Assembly: GCA_003696765.1 (NCBI GenBank)
Contig: RFFX01000050.1
Location: forward strand, 12,894 to 76,893
Source of the DNA: Zetaproteobacteria bacterium
GTDB lineage: Bacteria > Pseudomonadota > Zetaproteobacteria > Mariprofundales > J009
Direction: 5' to 3'
DNA length: 64,000 bases
The notes under the pieces were generated by a model. That model made no database searches, was not told the origin of the DNA, and worked only from the letters and a program-made list of their open reading frames with translations. Both the position numbers and the translations under genes were made by a program. Positions 1 through 7,728 of this stretch are shown piece by piece. Position 1 is the stretch's first letter; each line of letters opens with the position of its first letter.

Positions 1-1283
1 GTCGCTTTGCGTTCGGCATCGGTCAGCCCCTCCTTCGGCGGCGCCAGCCGCGCCTGCAGCGGGCCGCCGAGCGCCACCCCCACCACCTGGGGCGATCGCT
101 GCACGCCAGCGAAGAGGGGGGCCATCCTGCGCAGCGGATCGACATCGAACGGCGGCCCGTTCTGCACCGCCGAGGCGGGGCTGCTGCGCATCAACACCGT
201 ACAGTCGTGCGCCTGTTCGCTGCAGATCAGCGGCGAGACGAAGGGCATCGCCACTTCGCGCAGCCCGCGGGTGAGCGAATGCGTCGGATTGAGGTCGTGG
301 ATCGCCGGCATGAAGGGGTAGTCGACCGCCGAGCGGAACATGAAGATCCCCTGCCGCTGGTTGACCATCACCCGGCCGGCGTCGCGGTCGAAGACCAGCC
401 CGGGGCGGACCACCACACCGAGATCGTCGCGCAGCCAGTCGTTGGCGTAGCGATCGACCGGCTGGACGCGGAAACCGAGATCGAGCTGCGGCACGGCGTT
501 GCCGGCGAGCACCAGCAGCCCGCCGCCGCGCAGGCGCAACTGCTCGATGCGGTAGCGGGCCAGCGTCGAGAGCGGCTTGGTGGCGCCGGCGACGATCAAC
601 GCGGCGAGATCCTCGGGCAGCGCCTCGCGCTCGGGGTGGACCACCTCGAAGCGGTAGTCGTCCCCGGCCAACTGACGCAGCCGCCCCATGCGGTCGAGCG
701 GGATCGCGCCGTCATCCTCCATCACCCCGATGGTCCGCTTGCCGCTGCCGGTCACCTGCTTGATCCGGCGGGTAAGGTTGTACTCGAAGCCCGATTCGCT
801 CTGCACCACCGGGATGGTCGCCTTCTTGTCGAGATACTCGACCACCAGCGCCATGTAGCCCTGCTTGATCTGCGCCTGATCGTCCTCCACCACCTGCACC
901 TGCACCCGGGGGATGCCCATCGCGGCCAGCGCCGCCGCAGCGCTGCTGTCGCGATCGGGGTCGATCACCTCGTAGCTGATGTTGGGCGCGGCGTCGTGGT
1001 AGCTGGCCAGCATGTCGGTGATGAAGCGGCGCAGCGCGCCGTAGGGCTGCGGCAGGCCGCTGGTGATGTAGGCGCGGATGCGTACCGGCTCCTTGACTCG
1101 GCGCAGCACCGCGCGGGTGGCGTCGGAGAGGGTGTAGACCCCATCCTCGGTCCAGTCGAAGCGGAGGTGGGCGGTCCACGCCGCGGCGTAGAGCGCGACC
1201 AGCGCCAGCACGAAAAGCGCCAGCGTGGCCCACGCCCGACGACGGATGACCACGCGGCCGTCGGCCTGCCGGTTCACCGCCAT
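1..1283 (-). CDS. GldG-like auxiliary component of an ABC-2 type transporter (N-terminal 427 codons; 3' end lies beyond the window start)
   Basis: Absent from the ORF track because it has no stop codon in the window. My minus-strand translation from the ATG at 1283 (which overlaps the permease stop, ATGGCGGTGA) reads MAVNRQADGRVVIRRRAWATLALFVLALVALYAAAWTAHLRFDWTEDGVYTLSDATRAVLRRVKEPVRIRAYITSGLPQPYG... and stays open to position 1. It has a membrane anchor plus the 'DxTxxxxYTLS' opening typical of GldG-type proteins, and it follows an ABC ATPase and an ABC-2 permease. Confidence 0.65.
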   Translation of the reverse strand, partial: MAVNRQADGRVVIRRRAWATLALFVLALVALYAAAWTAHLRFDWTEDGVYTLSDATRAVLRRVKEPVRIRAYITSGLPQPYGALRRFITDMLASYHDAAPNISYEVIDPDRDSSAAAALAAMGIPRVQVQVVEDDQAQIKQGYMALVVEYLDKKATIPVVQSESGFEYNLTRRIKQVTGSGKRTIGVMEDDGAIPLDRMGRLRQLAGDDYRFEVVHPEREALPEDLAALIVAGATKPLSTLARYRIEQLRLRGGGLLVLAGNAVPQLDLGFRVQPVDRYANDWLRDDLGVVVRPGLVFDRDAGRVMVNQRQGIFMFRSAVDYPFMPAIHDLNPTHSLTRGLREVAMPFVSPLICSEQAHDCTVLMRSSPASAVQNGPPFDVDPLRRMAPLFAGVQRSPQVVGVALGGPLQARLAPPKEGLTDAERKA

Positions 1284-1984
1284 CGCCTGCGCTCCAGCTG
1301 GAAGACGGTCAACGCCAGGAAGAGCAGCGTCATGACCAGAAAGTAGGCGGCATCCTCCAGCCCGATCACCCCGCGCAACATAGCCCGGTAGTGGGGCAGC
1401 GGCAGCACCATGCCGAGCCAGTCCTGCACCTCCGGCGGCAGGGTCAGCGCCGCCTGCGACAACAGGTAGAAACCAAAGAGCAGCGAAAATCCGATGATAT
1501 AGGCGACCATGGCGTGGCGGGTGAGGGAGGAGGCGTAGAGGGCCACGGCGGCATAACCGGCGGAGAGCAACGCCACCGCCAGGTAACCGGCGGCGATGCG
1601 GCCGCCGTCGGGATCGCCGAGCAGCGAGAGCGACCACGGATAAAGCAGGGTGAGCGCGAAGAGCAGCAGCAACTGCAGCAGCAGCGCCAGATATTTGCCG
1701 ACGACCAGCTGCAGCGAGCTCACCGGCATGGTGGCGAGCAGCTCGAAGGTACCGCCGCGCAACTCGTCGGCGAGCAGCCGCATGGCCATCGCCGGAACGA
1801 AGAACATCAGCAGCAGCGGCATCACGCCGAAGAAGCCGCGCATCTCCGCCTGACCCATGAGGAAGAGGCTGTTGCCGAAGAAGAAGCCGCAGGCCAGCAG
1901 GAAGGCGATCGCCACCACCGCCCCCTGCGCCGTATCGATGGCCACCCGCAACTCACGGGCGGCGAGCACCCATACCCGCTTCAT
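1274..1984 (-). CDS. ABC-2 type transporter permease
   Basis: Within ORF 1274..2335, the plausible start is MKRVWVLAARELRVAIDTAQG... at 1984, which forms an ATGA overlap with the ATPase stop. The product is polytopic and hydrophobic (6 predicted TM segments). The Arg/Gly-rich upstream extension of the ORF is not protein-like. Confidence 0.8.
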   Translation of the reverse strand: MKRVWVLAARELRVAIDTAQGAVVAIAFLLACGFFFGNSLFLMGQAEMRGFFGVMPLLLMFFVPAMAMRLLADELRGGTFELLATMPVSSLQLVVGKYLALLLQLLLLFALTLLYPWSLSLLGDPDGGRIAAGYLAVALLSAGYAAVALYASSLTRHAMVAYIIGFSLLFGFYLLSQAALTLPPEVQDWLGMVLPLPHYRAMLRGVIGLEDAAYFLVMTLLFLALTVFQLERRRWR

Positions 1985-2937
1985 GAAGACGATCCCTCTC
2001 CAGTCAGCCGGTGGAAGACATCCTCCAGCGAGGCGCGCACAGGCCGCATCTCGAGCAGCACGCCGCCGGCATCGGCCACCGCGCGGAACAAGGTGGCGGC
2101 CAGCGGCGCCTCGCGATCGTCGCAGGCCAGCTCCAGCAGCAGCCGCCCCTCCTCTTCGCGGCAATCGATACGCAGATCGGGCAGCCGCTGCCGCAGCGCG
2201 GCGGTGAGCGCCTCCGCCGCCACATCGACCGCCACCGCATGGAGCAGCGCGCCGCCGCCGGCCTGCGCGGCCAGCTCGGCTGCGGTCCCGATGGCCCGCA
2301 GCTCGCTGCGGTCGATGATCATCATCCGATCGCACACCGCCTCCACCTCGGAGAGGATGTGGGAGGAGAGCAGCACCGTCTTGCGCTCGGCCAGCCGTCG
2401 GATCAACTGGCGGATCTCGGCGATCTGGTTGGGGTCGAGCCCGGTGGTCGGCTCGTCGAGGATCAGCAGATCGGGGTCGTGCAGCATGCTGCCGGCCAGG
2501 CCGACGCGCTGACGGTACCCCTTGGAGAGCTCATCGATGCGCCGGTGGAGCACCTCCTCGATGCGGCAGACGGCGGCCATCTCGCGCACCCGGTCGCGCA
2601 GCGTGCCCCCCTCCAGCCCCTGCATACGGCCGATAAAGAGCAGCTGATCGCGCGCGGTGAGATCCCCCCATGCCGGCGCGTTCTCCGGCAGGTAGCCGAT
2701 CTGCCGCCGCACGGCCATGGCATCGTCGAGCGGCACGCCGCCGACCCGCGCGCTGCCCGAGGAGGGCGGCAGGTAGCAGGAGAGCATCTTCATGGTGGTC
2801 GATTTCCCGGCGCCGTTGGGGCCGAGCAGCCCCATCACCTCGCCGCGCCGAATGGAGAAGGAGAGATCGCGCACCGCGAAACGATCCCCGTATTTGCGCG
2901 ACAATGCATCGGCCTGGATCATCACATCGTGCGCCAT
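1981..2937 (-). CDS. ABC transporter ATP-binding protein
   Basis: Walker A GPNGAGKST, signature LSKGYRQRVGLA and Walker B LLILDEPTTGLD are all present. The start is uncertain: MAHDVMIQ at 2937 was chosen, with alternatives at 2922 or 3018, and none has a clear Shine-Dalgarno (SD). Confidence 0.88.
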   Translation of the reverse strand: MAHDVMIQADALSRKYGDRFAVRDLSFSIRRGEVMGLLGPNGAGKSTTMKMLSCYLPPSSGSARVGGVPLDDAMAVRRQIGYLPENAPAWGDLTARDQLLFIGRMQGLEGGTLRDRVREMAAVCRIEEVLHRRIDELSKGYRQRVGLAGSMLHDPDLLILDEPTTGLDPNQIAEIRQLIRRLAERKTVLLSSHILSEVEAVCDRMMIIDRSELRAIGTAAELAAQAGGGALLHAVAVDVAAEALTAALRQRLPDLRIDCREEEGRLLLELACDDREAPLAATLFRAVADAGGVLLEMRPVRASLEDVFHRLTGEGSSS

Positions 2938-3016
2938 CGGCGGGCGAATGTTACCGGGGGTCGCCCCCGCCGCAACCGCCCTCATCCCCTTCGGAGAGGA
3001 GATGCGGCCCACGGCC

Positions 3017-3173
3017 ATGATGGAATCGCAAAAAGTCCGTCCTTGGACTCTTTGCTTGACGGGGATCGAAGAGCGCAGTCTTAGATCGCCTTACAAGACA
3101 GTCGCTTGCATGCGCAAGCTCCCGTTTTGCGCGGCCGTCCTGGCCGCGATGATGATTTCTTGGGAAACCATCA
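3017..3173 (-). repeat. Five-hairpin mosaic intergenic repeat, full copy. The strand field of every repeat feature gives the strand on which the modules read E-D-C-B-A and the loops carry GGA.
   Basis: On the + strand it reads catgatggaatcGCAAAAAGTCCgtccttGGACtcTTTGC..GGGGATCGAAGAgcgcagTCTTaGATCgCC..CTTGCatgcGCAAG..TTTTGCGCGGCCgtcctGGCCGCGatgATGATTTCttggGAAACCATCA. It shares all modules with the copies at 24016, 18253, 32003, 43591 and 47596. Confidence 0.9.
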
Positions 3174-3440
3174 GCCATACACCGGCTGCGCATGCCGAAG
3201 GGAAGCCTCCGAATCAAGCGCCGGCGGCGGAAGAGGAGGGAGGGGGGGCGGAACGGCGCCCGGGGCCTGCCGGCACGGGGGGGCAGTCCGCCCCGAGCTC
3301 GTTTGCAACCGCTCCGTCAGCCTTTTGCCCTCTTCCCTCTCCGATCGCCGGCCGCAATGCCCACCCGGCACTCAGCCCGACCGCACCCCAACCCCGTCTC
3401 CCCACCGCGTGCCGGGGAGCGAAAAACGCGGCACGCCAAC

Positions 3441-3472
3441 GCCGCGATGATGGTTTCTTGCGAAACCATCAC
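3441..3472. repeat. Solo E-module hairpin of the mosaic repeat
   Basis: Reads gccgcGATGATGGTTTCttgcGAAACCATCAc. The TGA stop of the HU-like gene (3469-3471, minus strand) lies inside its outer arm. Confidence 0.75.
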
Positions 3473-3825
3473 TGTTTCGGATTGAGCTGCTCCTTCACCG
3501 CCTGGAACGGCTTGAAGCGGAGCACGTTCCGCGCCGGAATGGTCATCTTCTCCCCCGTCCTGGGGTTGCGCCCCGTATGCGCCTTGCGCTCCTGCATGGT
3601 GAACTTGCCGAATCCCTTCAACCGCACCGCATCACCGCTCTTGACCTGCGTCACTACGACGGACTTGAATGCAGCCAGCGCCGCCTCAGCCTGTTCCACG
3701 CTCAGACCGCTCCGCTTGGCCATCGCCCTGGCCAGCTCCTTGTCTCCCATCGCCGACGCCGATCCGCTTGAGAGCAGAAGCAGCGCCGATGCAATCACCA
3801 ATCCTTGCTTCATTCGTCTGCCCAT
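3469..3825 (-). CDS. HU/IHF (DNABII) family protein with a predicted N-terminal Sec signal peptide
   Basis: The core DKELARAMAKRSGLSVEQAEAALAAFKSVVVTQVKSGDAVRLKGFGKFTMQERKAHTGRNPRTGEKMTIPARNVLRFKPFQAVKEQL is a clear HU fold (GFGxF ... GRNPxTGE). A strong SD, AAGGGAGGTG, sits 6 nt before the ATG at 3825, giving MGRRMKQGLVIASALLLLSSGSASA|MG. The internal ATG at 3750 has no SD. Confidence 0.75.
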   Translation of the reverse strand: MGRRMKQGLVIASALLLLSSGSASAMGDKELARAMAKRSGLSVEQAEAALAAFKSVVVTQVKSGDAVRLKGFGKFTMQERKAHTGRNPRTGEKMTIPARNVLRFKPFQAVKEQLNPKQ

Positions 3826-4286
3826 AAGTGACACCTCCCTTGGATCGCGCAACATGCCCCTCCATGGACACGATTGCCCGATGGAAATCGAAGCGGCGTC
3901 CCTCCATGGCCGCGCACCAGCCGGAACCCAGGCTCCCCCAGGGAAACCAGACCGCCGGCAACGCGATGCTCCACCGCGTGGGGAGGGGCGTCAACCGTCG
4001 ATGCCGCACTCCCTTGTTGCGCCGAAGATGCTTCCAGGAGCGTTGCAGCCAGATCCTGCAACATGTGTACAGCGGAGAGGAAGAAAATAATATACCGCCC
4101 AACGAGTTGGCCAACGCACCCCTGCGCCCCCCCGAGCACCGTCGCAAGGGAGGGAGTGCGCGCCGGACGCCCGACGACGGCCCTGACCATGAGTATGTCG
4201 GGGATCATCGCCGAGACCCGCAGCATGGACGGACCCCTCCGCCTCTGGCAGATTGCGTGTGCACGGTATGAAGGCGGTGCGCCTTG

Positions 4287-4420
4287 CGGCGGCCAGGACG
4301 GTCGCACAAAACCGGAGGTTGCGCATGCAACCGACGGTTTTGTAAGGCGATCGAAAACCGCGCTTTTTCGACCGCCGTGAAGCCAAAAAGTCCACGGAGG
4401 GACTTTTTGCATTTCCATCA
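4287..4420 (+). repeat. Mosaic repeat, modules D-C-B-A
   Basis: Reads gcggcGGCCaggacGGTCgcacaaaaccggaGGTTGCgcatGCAACCgacgg..GCGATCGAAAAccgcgcTTTTTCGAcCGC..GCCAAAAAGTCCacggagGGACTTTTTGCatttccatca, and ends 4 nt before the ATG at 4424. Confidence 0.85.
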
Positions 4421-4423
4421 ACC

Positions 4424-5707
4424 ATGCTCCCCCTGATGCTCGCCCTGCTGCTCCTGCTGCTGGTCGCATCCGCCTTCTTCTCCGGCTCGGAGACCGCGCT
4501 CACCCGGGCCCGCCGGGTGCGGCTGCGCATGCTGCGCAAACAGGGCAACCGCGGCGCGCACCACGCCGAGGCGCTGCTCAGCCGGCCGGAGAAGATGCTG
4601 GCCACCATCCTGCTGGGCAACAACTTCGTCAACATCGCCGCCTCGGCCCTGGCCACCGCCATCTTCGTGCGCCAGTTCGGTGATGCCGGCATCCTCTACT
4701 CCACCGTGGCCATGACCCTGTTGGTGCTGATCTTCTCCGAGATTCTGCCCAAGAGCATCGCCGTCGCCCACGCCGAAGCGATCAGCTGTCGGGTGGCCGC
4801 GCCGATGCGCGCCGTGCAGTGGCTGTTCGGCCCGCTGTTGCGGATCCTCCTGCTGATCACCAGCGCCATGCGCCGCCTCTTCCAGGTTCCCGAGGGGGAG
4901 GAGCGGCCGGTGTTGAGCCATCAGGAGCTGGCGGCGATGATCGACCTGAGCGCGGAGAGCGGCATGCTCGATCGGGCCCGGGAGCAGATGCTCGGCCAGA
5001 GCCTGCTGCTGCACACCATCCCGGTGAAGCAGATCATGGCGCCGCGCACCGAAATGATCCTGCTCGACGGCAACAAAAGCGTGGCTGACTGCCTGCGCAC
5101 CGCGCTGGAGCACCCCCACTCACGCTACCCGGTCTTCCTCGACGACCGCGACCACATCATCGGCATCATCCACCTGCGCACGCTGTTCCAGCTGCGGCAC
5201 CACAAGACATCGCTGGCCCGCGCCACCACCTGGAAGACGCCGACATTCGTGCCCAACTGCCGCAGCGCGCTGGCCCAACTGCTCGACTTCCAGCGCAACC
5301 ACGAACACATGGCCATCGTCGTCGACGAACTGGGCGACATCGACGGCATCATCACGCTGGAGGACATCATCGAGGAGATCGTCGGGGACATCCGGGACGA
5401 ATCGGACATCCCGACCGAAGCGGGGATCTGGCCGCAGCCCGACGGCAGTTACGTCGTCGCCGCCACCGCCAGCCTGCACGAGGTCAACCAGCAGATGGAA
5501 ATCGCCCTGCCGGAGGCGGGGGCGACCACCATCGGCGGATGGATCATGGAGGTGCTGGGCAGCTTCCCCGACGGCAAGGTCTGCCTGGCGACCGACGACG
5601 CCCGGCTGGAGGTGCTGAGCATGGACCATCGCTGGATCAAGCGGGTCCGCATCCAGCGCCGGCCGCGGGACGACGACGCGGCCACGAAGGAGGAGAGGGA
5701 GCCCTGA
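4424..5707 (+). CDS. CNNM/CorC-HlyC family transporter (DUF21 membrane domain, CBS pair, CorC_HlyC C-terminal domain)
   Basis: N-terminal opening FFSGSETAL, then ILLGNNFVNI, then the CBS region (IMAPRTEMILLD..., HMAIVVDELGDIDGIITLEDIIEEIVG), then a C-terminal transporter-associated domain. Confidence 0.9.
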   Translation: MLPLMLALLLLLLVASAFFSGSETALTRARRVRLRMLRKQGNRGAHHAEALLSRPEKMLATILLGNNFVNIAASALATAIFVRQFGDAGILYSTVAMTLLVLIFSEILPKSIAVAHAEAISCRVAAPMRAVQWLFGPLLRILLLITSAMRRLFQVPEGEERPVLSHQELAAMIDLSAESGMLDRAREQMLGQSLLLHTIPVKQIMAPRTEMILLDGNKSVADCLRTALEHPHSRYPVFLDDRDHIIGIIHLRTLFQLRHHKTSLARATTWKTPTFVPNCRSALAQLLDFQRNHEHMAIVVDELGDIDGIITLEDIIEEIVGDIRDESDIPTEAGIWPQPDGSYVVAATASLHEVNQQMEIALPEAGATTIGGWIMEVLGSFPDGKVCLATDDARLEVLSMDHRWIKRVRIQRRPRDDDAATKEEREP

Positions 5708-5720
5708 CGGCGCGACGCCG

Positions 5721-6224
5721 CTAGCCGGCCGCCGCCTCACCCCGATCGGGAGCGTCGGCTCCCCCGCCCCGCGGCTGCCGCACCCAGGGGAAGCGGATGG
5801 CATACTCCTCGGCCCGGATGTACTGCAGCGCCAGTCGGGTACGCTCGTTGATCACGATCGGCGCCCGCAGGTTGGCGGTGACCCACTCGGCATCGACAAA
5901 GGGGTTGAGCACCAGCATCCAGATCGGCACGTCGCCCGGACGCAGGCGGAGCAGCCGGATCTCCTCCGGACTGAGCGCCGGCGGCAGCCCCAGCCGCTCC
6001 TGATCCCACGGCGTGAGCACGAACGCCACCTCGACGTTGCTCAACGACTGCAGACAGACGTAGTCGCCGTGCCCCGGATAGATGATCGCGAAGTGCTGAT
6101 CGTCGGGAAAGCCGGCCAACCCCTGGGGGAAGTAATAGCTTCCCGCTTCGGAGGAGGCTCCTTCCGCCATCGGGGTATGCGCTCCCCGCTCCAACCGGTC
6201 ACTTCTCTCTTCTGTCGCTATCAT
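5721..6224 (-). CDS. fliW: Flagellar assembly factor FliW
   Basis: Reads ...YYFPQGLAGFPDDQHFAIIYPGHGDYVCLQSL...VLNPFVDAEWVTANLRAPIVINERTRLALQYI, the FliW pattern (FPxGLxGF, NLxAPIVIN). The ATG at 6224 has the SD GGAGAGGG but overlaps csrA by 26 nt. Alternative starts are GTG 6236 or ATG 6170. Confidence 0.8.
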   Translation of the reverse strand: MIATEERSDRLERGAHTPMAEGASSEAGSYYFPQGLAGFPDDQHFAIIYPGHGDYVCLQSLSNVEVAFVLTPWDQERLGLPPALSPEEIRLLRLRPGDVPIWMLVLNPFVDAEWVTANLRAPIVINERTRLALQYIRAEEYAIRFPWVRQPRGGGADAPDRGEAAAG

Positions 6225-6444
6225 GGCCCTCTCCACGCTGCAGCCACGCCATCACACCGGATCCGCTCGCTGCCCTGTTCTCCTTTCTGATCTGCTCGAA
6301 AATCTCCAGCCGATGTACCGGGATCTCCGCCGGGGCGTCGATACCGAGGCGGACCACATACTCGTGCCGCACCTCCTGGACCACCACCCGGATGCGCCCG
6401 TCGATCCGGATCGCCTCGCCGACCCTGCGGCGCACCACCATCAT
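6199..6444 (-). CDS. csrA: Carbon storage regulator CsrA (FliW-partnered type, extended C-terminus)
   Basis: MMVVRRRVGEAIRIDGRIRVVVQEVRHEYVVRLGIDAPAEIPVHRLEIFEQIRKEN matches the CsrA fold (RRxGE...I..V.V......VR.GI.AP....V.R.EI). About 25 extra C-terminal residues follow. The gene sits next to fliW. Confidence 0.85.
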   Translation of the reverse strand: MMVVRRRVGEAIRIDGRIRVVVQEVRHEYVVRLGIDAPAEIPVHRLEIFEQIRKENRAASGSGVMAWLQRGEGHDSDRREK

Positions 6445-6448
6445 GGAG

Positions 6449-6575
6449 GATGGAATCGCAACAAGTCCGTCCATGGGCTTTTCGCGCGGCCGCCCGTGGC
6501 CGCAATGATGGAATCGCAACAAGTCCGTCCATGGACTTTTTGCTCGACGGCGATCGACGCGCAGACCGCCTGCGG
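6449..6575 (-). repeat. Mosaic repeat, rearranged copy (A-half + D, then A + degenerate B)
   Basis: Reads gatggaatcGCAACAAGTCCgtccatGGgCTTTTcGCGCGGCCgcccgtGGCCGCaatgatggaatcGCAACAAGTCCgtccatGGACTTTTTGCtcgacggcgatcgacgcgc. It fills the flgL-csrA gap. Confidence 0.8.
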
Positions 6576-6659
6576 CCTTCGCACATACCCGACTGCTGCC
6601 GCCTGCCGCAACGCAGGGGGGCGCCGCACGCTCATCCCCGCACCCGGCCGCCGTCCACG

Positions 6660-7547
6660 TCAGCGCAGGAAGTTGACCAGGCTGAGCGAACTCATCGCCG
6701 CCACCTGCTTGTAACTCGCCTGCAGAGCGACGTCGGTCAACTGGATATCGGAGACCAGCTTGGGGATGTCCACCGCCTCATGGGTGTTGATCCGCTTGTC
6801 GAGCGCCGCCTTCATCTCTTCGTGGGCGGTCTTGATCTTGCGCAACGCCGCCAGCTTCGCCCCGGCGCTGGTGTCGAGCTTCACCACCTCGTCGCGCGCG
6901 GTGTTCAGATCGCCCAGCGCCGACTGGATCTGGGCCTGATCGGAGTTGTTCAACCCGTTGTAGAGCTTGATCAAGGCGTTGAAGGTATCCTGGAAGGCGG
7001 GGTCGTTGCCCAGCTCGTTGCTCACCACTGTCTGGGTTTCGGTGATCTGCACCGTGCGGGCGTTGGTGCTGCCGTTGTAGGTACTGGTGCCGGTGGAGAG
7101 GTTGACCGTCCACGGCTGGGTATCGGTCGCCGTTCCCGAAAAGAGATACTGCCCTTCGAACTGCTGATTGGCATCCTGTACCGCCTGGTCGAGCAGGTGC
7201 TTGACCTCGACCGCGGCGGCGGCATGGGTGCCGGCCACATTGGCCGAGGCGTGCTGGACGGCGAGCACCTGGGCGCGGGAGAGCAGCCGCTCCATATCCA
7301 TCAACGCCACCTGCGTTGCGGAAAGGCGGGACTCCGCCACACCGGCAGCGGTGATGGCATTGGTCTCCACCTTGCGCATCTGACGCAGGTCGAGCGAGAT
7401 CTTGTAGTCCAGCCCCGCCTGCGCCGGTGTCTGGAAGCGGGTGCCGGCGGCGATGTTGGCGTTGGCCTTGGTTCGGGCCTCCGTCTGGCGGTTGATCCCC
7501 TGCAACAGGTTGTTGTAGGGCTGTACCGAAGAGATGCGGACGCTCAT
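6660..7547 (-). CDS. flgL: Flagellar hook-associated protein 3 FlgL
   Basis: Flagellin-like N-terminus (MSVRISSVQPYNNLLQGINRQ) and C-terminus (DIPKLVSDIQLTDVALQASYKQVAAMSSLSLVNFLR). It follows flgK. Confidence 0.9.
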   Translation of the reverse strand: MSVRISSVQPYNNLLQGINRQTEARTKANANIAAGTRFQTPAQAGLDYKISLDLRQMRKVETNAITAAGVAESRLSATQVALMDMERLLSRAQVLAVQHASANVAGTHAAAAVEVKHLLDQAVQDANQQFEGQYLFSGTATDTQPWTVNLSTGTSTYNGSTNARTVQITETQTVVSNELGNDPAFQDTFNALIKLYNGLNNSDQAQIQSALGDLNTARDEVVKLDTSAGAKLAALRKIKTAHEEMKAALDKRINTHEAVDIPKLVSDIQLTDVALQASYKQVAAMSSLSLVNFLR

Positions 7548-7621
7548 CGCAGATCAGACCCCCAACCCTTCGTCCATGACACGGCCGAGCAAGAGCCGGC
7601 ATCCGCGGCCTCGGCGTACCG

Positions 7622-7638
7622 CGCAAAATCGAAGCCAA
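7622..7638 (-). promoter_or_regulatory. Sigma-54 type promoter candidate upstream of flgL
   Basis: The minus strand reads TTGGCTTCGATTTTGCG, i.e. TGGCtt-N5-TTGC with exact GG-N10-GC spacing. It lies about 75 nt upstream of the flgL ATG, in the 180-nt flgK-flgL gap. Confidence 0.45.
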
Positions 7639-7728
7639 CGCTTGCAACCCTACGGTTTCGCTTGGCGATCGAGACCGGAATCGGAACACTCCCCTCCCGG
7701 CCGGGAACGGTGCCGCAGCAGCCTGCCC

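Noticed and set aside
2629-2636. Exact sigma-28 -10 consensus GCCGATAA (also on the minus strand at 8045-8052)
   Set aside because: Both lie inside coding regions (the ABC ATPase antisense strand, and within flgK). Neither has a TAAA-type -35 element at the required ~15-nt spacing.
3017-3173. Recurrent pseudo-peptides in the ORF track (for example ...ESQKVRPWTFCSTGIEERGLRSPYKSVGCIRNLRICATVLAA..., ...AKSPSVDFLLDGDRRARSSIP...) that might suggest a repeated small gene
   Set aside because: They arise from translating the mosaic repeat in whichever frame happens to be open. The copies are truncated at module boundaries rather than at codon boundaries, substitutions preserve stems rather than amino acids, and there are no consistent start/SD signals.
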